This document shows positions 8,311-12,014 of a stretch of 12,014 nucleotides of DNA, in pieces. The position numbers were made by a program, and so were the translations under genes. Position 1 is the first letter of the stretch. Each line of letters begins with the position of its first letter. Source of the DNA: Archangium sp. (GTDB taxonomy: Bacteria; Myxococcota; Myxococcia; Myxococcales; Myxococcaceae). The DNA lies in contig JANLPS010000040.1 of assembly GCA_031367385.1 (NCBI GenBank), positions 1 to 12,014 of the forward strand. Direction: 5' to 3'. The notes under the pieces were generated by a model, which worked only from the letters and a program-made list of their open reading frames with translations, was not told the origin of the DNA and did no database searches.

Positions 8311-8341
8311 GAGTGGCACGAACCGGGCTCCATCAGGCAGC
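8311..8341 (-). promoter_or_regulatory. Candidate autoregulatory ECF-sigma promoter (GCTGCCTG-N16-GCCACTC)
   Basis: The minus strand reads GCTGCCTG atggagcccggttcgt GCCACTC and ends 9 nt before ATG 8301. It matches the motif at 5972-6002 in both boxes and in spacing. ECF sigma factors commonly autoregulate. Confidence 0.65.
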
Positions 8342-8348
8342 GCAGAGG

Positions 8349-9191
8349 TTAGAAGGCGCCAACGTACCCAACTTCGAGGCGTGCGGTCCCAGGGCCGACC
8401 GTCCCCACTGCATTTCCACCCACATTGACCTGCAGGGTGGTGGGTGTGAGCGCAAAGGCGCCGAGCGCTTGCAGCGCATGGGCGTGGGCCAACCAGACCC
8501 GGGCGCCGACTCCAACGCGGGCGACTGGGAGCCAGGTGGTGACCTGCTCGGCGCGATGGCTCAGTCGCCAGGCGGTGACGCCGCCCCCGAGGGTGAAGAC
8601 CGGGGTGACGGTACGGTCAGGCACCTGGGCAATCAGCTCGAGCAGAGCGGCGGGCGCGAGCAGCTGTGCTTGAGAGGGTTGAACCAGCGCGACCTCGAGG
8701 GCGATGCCGATGCTCAGCCACGAGACCAGCTTTCGCTCGAAACGAAGGGCCAGCCCACCGCCCCAGGAGCCCGACGGCACATCGAGCGCCACCAGCGGCG
8801 CGGCGACGAAGGCCCACGCGGTGGGCTCGAGCGCCGGCGTGACGGGCTGCGCGACGGCGGGTGGGTTCAACGCCGCGAGATCTTCGTCGCGTTGGTGCGC
8901 CATGTTGGCAACCGCGAAGGCCACCGCGGTCGCGCGTTGGGCGAGGGCATCGGTGGGCGAAAAGCGGAGCACGCGGCGGAGGTCACCGGGCACGCGCGCG
9001 GTGTGGAGCAACAGCTCGGCCTCGGCGCCATCGGCAGAGAGCGTCACCCAAGCGACCGAGCGGCCGGGCGGAGCGGTCTCCCCGATGCTGACCTCAGGCA
9101 CCCCTTCAGGAAAAGCGGCGGGCAGGGCGCGCTGCAGCTCACCTGAGAAGGGGCCCGCGAGCTCTCCAACCAGCAGAATCAAGAGTGTCAC
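8349..9191 (-). CDS. Hypothetical protein with C-terminal small (about 8-strand) outer-membrane beta-barrel
   Basis: ORF 8349..9227. GTG 9191 (VTLLILLVG) is the likely start because it avoids overlap with the upstream gene. The C-terminal half has alternating amphipathic strands (GGGLALRFER, WLSIGIALEV, ARVGVGARVW) and ends LEVGYVGAF, with a terminal Phe as in BAM substrates. Confidence 0.7.
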   Translation of the reverse strand: MTLLILLVGELAGPFSGELQRALPAAFPEGVPEVSIGETAPPGRSVAWVTLSADGAEAELLLHTARVPGDLRRVLRFSPTDALAQRATAVAFAVANMAHQRDEDLAALNPPAVAQPVTPALEPTAWAFVAAPLVALDVPSGSWGGGLALRFERKLVSWLSIGIALEVALVQPSQAQLLAPAALLELIAQVPDRTVTPVFTLGGGVTAWRLSHRAEQVTTWLPVARVGVGARVWLAHAHALQALGAFALTPTTLQVNVGGNAVGTVGPGTARLEVGYVGAF

Positions 9192-9216
9192 TCGCGGTAG
9201 CTCACTCCAGGTACCC

Positions 9217-10890
9217 TTACAGCTCAATCACCAACTGCGCGGTGGCTTGCGTTGAGCTCCTGGTGAGCACCTCGGTCGAGACCGCGCCCGCCAAGCCGGT
9301 TCGCCACGAGCCGTACAGCCGACCCAGCAAGAACGAGGTCAATCGCGCGTCGATCGCCAAGCTGACGCCGAGCTCATTGGCGCCCAGCGTCGGAGTGGGT
9401 TGCTGAAACCACGCCCCCCGCGCCTGCACCCGAAACCGCGAGCTCGGAGCGACCGCGGCCGCGAGCGACCAGGTTCTCCCGCGCAGCCAGCCGAGCTCTT
9501 CTTGGTACCCCGCGGTCACGCCGATGCGGCCCTGCCAGGTGCGCCACGAGAGCTCTGGGCCCATGAAGCTCTGAAAGAGTTGCCCTTGAATCTCCCACGC
9601 AAGGCCGGCGCGCGCGGCGAGGGTCAGGCTCGGCAGCAGGTCGAACGAGACGTCGGTCGAGGCGTGCACGCTGCGCGTCACCGGCAAGGGAGCTCCCACC
9701 TGCGCCACCTCGAGCAAGGGGTTGCCTCGATACCGGCCGCTCAGGTGCAGCCGAAACCGATCGCTCGGGGTCAGCCCCAAGTCGAGCGTGCCCAGCTCGA
9801 GAGAAGCCGGAGCCTGCTGCGCCGGCGCCACCGCGAACTGCGCGCCCACATGCGCGTCGAGCACCCGCGAAACCCACCCGTGCATCGCGGCGCCCGCTTC
9901 GAAGCGTGACCCGACGCCAGGCCGCAACGCCCAGCCCGCGCGGGCTTCGCCTTGAACCACCGACGATGTGCTGCCCAGGCCGTCGACCCATCGGCCCATG
10001 CCGTACGCGCCCGCCGCCCACTGACCGAGCGAGACGCCGGTGGTCACCGCATCGGGGAGCAGGCCTCCGTAGAGGCCCACTTCAGCGCTCGCCCGTGAGT
10101 AGCCGATTTGCGCGCCGTCGATCGCCAGCAGCCCTGGTGTGTACCTCGGCCGCACTCGCCCGACCCGCACCACCACCGGAGCCCCCTCGGGTTGCCAGCT
10201 CACCTCGAGCTGACGAACGACGCCTTGCAGCACGGTCGTTCGTGGCAGCCGGTTGTTCGAGGGCTTGCGCGACCAGACCAAAAGCGACGCGTCGGCGCTC
10301 ACCGCGAACCCGGCGCCGAGCCGCTGATAGAGCGAGGCGTCGACTTGCTCGAGCTGAAATGAGCCCTGGGCCGAGCCCAAATCAGCGAACAGGTGATGCG
10401 CCAGGCTGACCCGCAACCGGCTGCCATCGGCCCGGGCTGCAGGGCCCGATTCATCGAACTCCACCAACGCCCACGGAGCACCCATCACGCTTGCTCGCTG
10501 CGCCTCAAGCTCTGCCGCCGAGGGCAGCGCGGGGAGCCCGGCGAGTGCTGCCGCGGTGACCCTGTCGACCTGGGCGCGATCGCCAGCGCGAACGCCCTTC
10601 GCGTGACACACGGCCGCGTGCTCAGAGAGCTGAGCAATTTCGCAGGTCGCCACCGGCTTCGAGGCCCGGGTGATGTTCACCTTCGACGACAGCGTGAGCC
10701 CATCGGCCTTGCCCCGATCCAAGTACACCGAGTCGGCGGTCACGTAGCTGACCTTGCCTTGCCCGACGTCACTCGGAGGCTTCACCAGCGACCACCCCGC
10801 GCGCTTGGCCGGTGCAGGCGGGCGCGTGACGTGCGCCGGCTTCGCCCCGGTTGCGACATACGCCACGAGGAGGGCCGCGGAGATCATCAT
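9217..10890 (-). CDS. Outer-membrane beta-barrel (porin-like) protein with N-terminal FlgT-C-like domain (557 aa); candidate porin of a porin-cytochrome complex
   Basis: The real start is ATG 10890 (MMISAALLVAYVATG, signal-like), which overlaps the stop of the decaheme gene (ATGA). The N-domain GKVSYVTADSVYLDRGKADGL...VRAGDRAQV resembles FlgT C-terminal small barrels. The remainder is many amphipathic beta strands (VVVRVGR, IDGAQIGY, EVGLYGG, RFRLHLSGRY, RIGVTAGYQ, RFRVQARGAWF). Confidence 0.8.
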   Translation of the reverse strand: MMISAALLVAYVATGAKPAHVTRPPAPAKRAGWSLVKPPSDVGQGKVSYVTADSVYLDRGKADGLTLSSKVNITRASKPVATCEIAQLSEHAAVCHAKGVRAGDRAQVDRVTAAALAGLPALPSAAELEAQRASVMGAPWALVEFDESGPAARADGSRLRVSLAHHLFADLGSAQGSFQLEQVDASLYQRLGAGFAVSADASLLVWSRKPSNNRLPRTTVLQGVVRQLEVSWQPEGAPVVVRVGRVRPRYTPGLLAIDGAQIGYSRASAEVGLYGGLLPDAVTTGVSLGQWAAGAYGMGRWVDGLGSTSSVVQGEARAGWALRPGVGSRFEAGAAMHGWVSRVLDAHVGAQFAVAPAQQAPASLELGTLDLGLTPSDRFRLHLSGRYRGNPLLEVAQVGAPLPVTRSVHASTDVSFDLLPSLTLAARAGLAWEIQGQLFQSFMGPELSWRTWQGRIGVTAGYQEELGWLRGRTWSLAAAVAPSSRFRVQARGAWFQQPTPTLGANELGVSLAIDARLTSFLLGRLYGSWRTGLAGAVSTEVLTRSSTQATAQLVIEL

Positions 10891-11807
10891 GGGCCGTTGA
10901 TCATCGCTTGGTGGCACTCGGCGCACTTCGCATCTCGGCACTGATACCCCTGCACCTGGGCGTGCAGCGCATCGGTGGGGAGCGTGCCCTGCGGCCCTGC
11001 GCATTGGTGCGTGTGGCAGCCGGAGCACGACACGGTGCGAGACGCGCACGCGTTGCTCGCGCTCAAGGGAATGCCGAGCCCGTGGCATTGCTCGCAGGTC
11101 ACCGCGCTGTGCGCGCCAGAGGTGATGACGAAGCAGCTGTCGTGCGAAAACGTCGGGGTCACGAAGCGGGCGGGCTTGAAGCGAATGGCGCTGTGGCACG
11201 ACAGGCAGTCATTGCCGAAGCCGAGGCGGGCGTGGTCGATGCCGGTGCCAGTGGTCTTCATCACGTCACCCTGGTGGCAGCCCACGCAGGCGACCGCGGC
11301 TCGGGTGAATTTTCGCTCGCGTGCGTCGGCATGGCACTCGAGGCAGGGCAGGGCCGCGTGGCCTCCCAGCAGGGGGAAATTGGTGCGCCGGTGGGCTTCG
11401 GGTGACTGCTCGCTCTCCCAGGTGCGCTCGTCGTGGCAGCTCTCGCAGCGCTGACCCAGGTCTCCGCCGTGGGCATCGACATGGCACCCGCTGCACCCGC
11501 GTGGCACCGGCGCGTCGAAGGTCGTCACGTGGCACTGCTTACAGCTGACCCTCGCGTGCTGACCCTTGAGCAAGAACCCGGTCGCGTCATGGTTGAAGCG
11601 CACCTGGCTCCAGCCGCCGGTCGAGTGACACGCGCCGCAGGCCGTACCGCCGTGACCACGTGGTGTGACGGCCTTCACGTTGACAGCCGGGCTCAACGTC
11701 AGCGACTTGGGAGCATCGGCGGCCTTCACCACTGGAGGTGCAACCGCAAACGCGCCGGTCGCGGCCAATGACACGCCCAGCACAGCAAGGACATGCCGAG
11801 TGCTCAT
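10887..11807 (-). CDS. Periplasmic decaheme c-type cytochrome (306 aa; cytochrome c3/c7-like repeats)
   Basis: Sec signal MSTRHVLAVLGVSLAATGAFA. Ten CxxCH motifs: CGACH, CKQCH, CSGCH, CESCH, CLECH, CVGCH, CLSCH, CEQCH, CSGCH, CAECH. Repeated 'H..t.F.L.G.H....C..CH' units. ATGA overlaps at both ends. Confidence 0.93.
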   Translation of the reverse strand: MSTRHVLAVLGVSLAATGAFAVAPPVVKAADAPKSLTLSPAVNVKAVTPRGHGGTACGACHSTGGWSQVRFNHDATGFLLKGQHARVSCKQCHVTTFDAPVPRGCSGCHVDAHGGDLGQRCESCHDERTWESEQSPEAHRRTNFPLLGGHAALPCLECHADARERKFTRAAVACVGCHQGDVMKTTGTGIDHARLGFGNDCLSCHSAIRFKPARFVTPTFSHDSCFVITSGAHSAVTCEQCHGLGIPLSASNACASRTVSCSGCHTHQCAGPQGTLPTDALHAQVQGYQCRDAKCAECHQAMINGP

Positions 11808-12014
11808 GGCGCGAACCCCTCGAAGGCGCCCTTGTGAAAGTCGGAGTGGCAGCCTTCACACGTTCGAGGCGCTCCGAGGAAGCGTTGCACGCGCTTCGCC
11901 CCGGCCACGGCGACCGAAGGGTGACACCGCTCACAGGCCACCTGCGCATGTTTGCCCTCGAGCACGAAGTCGGTGAACGGGGCCTGGTGCATGAAGCCGC
12001 TCGCGGGTCGAAAC
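11804..12014 (-). CDS. C-terminal part of a multiheme c-type cytochrome (5'-truncated by the window edge)
   Basis: The frame is open to the window edge (FRPASGFMHQAPFTDFVLEGKHAQVACERCH...CEGCHSDFH). Two CxxCH motifs and the same F.L.G.H repeat as the decaheme. Its stop overlaps the decaheme start (ATGA, 11804-11807). Confidence 0.88.
   Translation of the reverse strand, partial: FRPASGFMHQAPFTDFVLEGKHAQVACERCHPSVAVAGAKRVQRFLGAPRTCEGCHSDFHKGAFEGFAP

Noticed and set aside
8302..8319. GTG 8319 as the sigma start codon
   Set aside because: It falls inside the putative promoter motif. ATG 8301 or 8244 fits better. Not fully excluded.
10891..11199. N-terminal 103-aa extension of ORF 9217..11199 (660 aa)
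   Set aside because: It overlaps the decaheme gene in another frame and is Arg-rich shadow sequence. ATG 10890 gives a signal peptide and an ATGA coupling.
9217..11807. Naming the decaheme and barrel mtrA/mtrB
   Set aside because: The heme number matches MtrA, but the F.L.G.H repeat pattern and the shorter barrel with an extra N-domain do not look like MtrA/MtrB. No symbol is supportable without a search.

Overview
High-GC window that looks myxobacterial (Myxococcota-like; inferred from the protein families and composition, not proven). Two transcription units converge, with stops 7 bp apart at 2296/2304. The + strand carries the end of an uncharacterised protein and a Tat-exported DUF1501-like protein. 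The - strand carries an 8-gene cluster. In transcription order: a partial multiheme cytochrome c (at least 2 CxxCH), a 10-heme cytochrome c, a 557-aa outer-membrane beta-barrel with an N-terminal FlgT-C-like domain, a small beta-barrel protein, an ECF sigma factor, a FecR-like/TPR anti-sigma factor, a 28-Cys repeat lipoprotein, and a 1219-aa lipoprotein with 29 CxxCH heme motifs. This looks like a non-canonical porin-cytochrome extracellular electron-transfer conduit with its own embedded cell-surface signalling module. A bipartite motif, GCTGCCTG-N16-GCCACTC, occurs at identical spacing directly upstream of both the sigma gene and the 29-heme gene. It is a strong candidate for the ECF sigma's own promoter. 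All family calls are from motif recognition by eye; no database searches were run.
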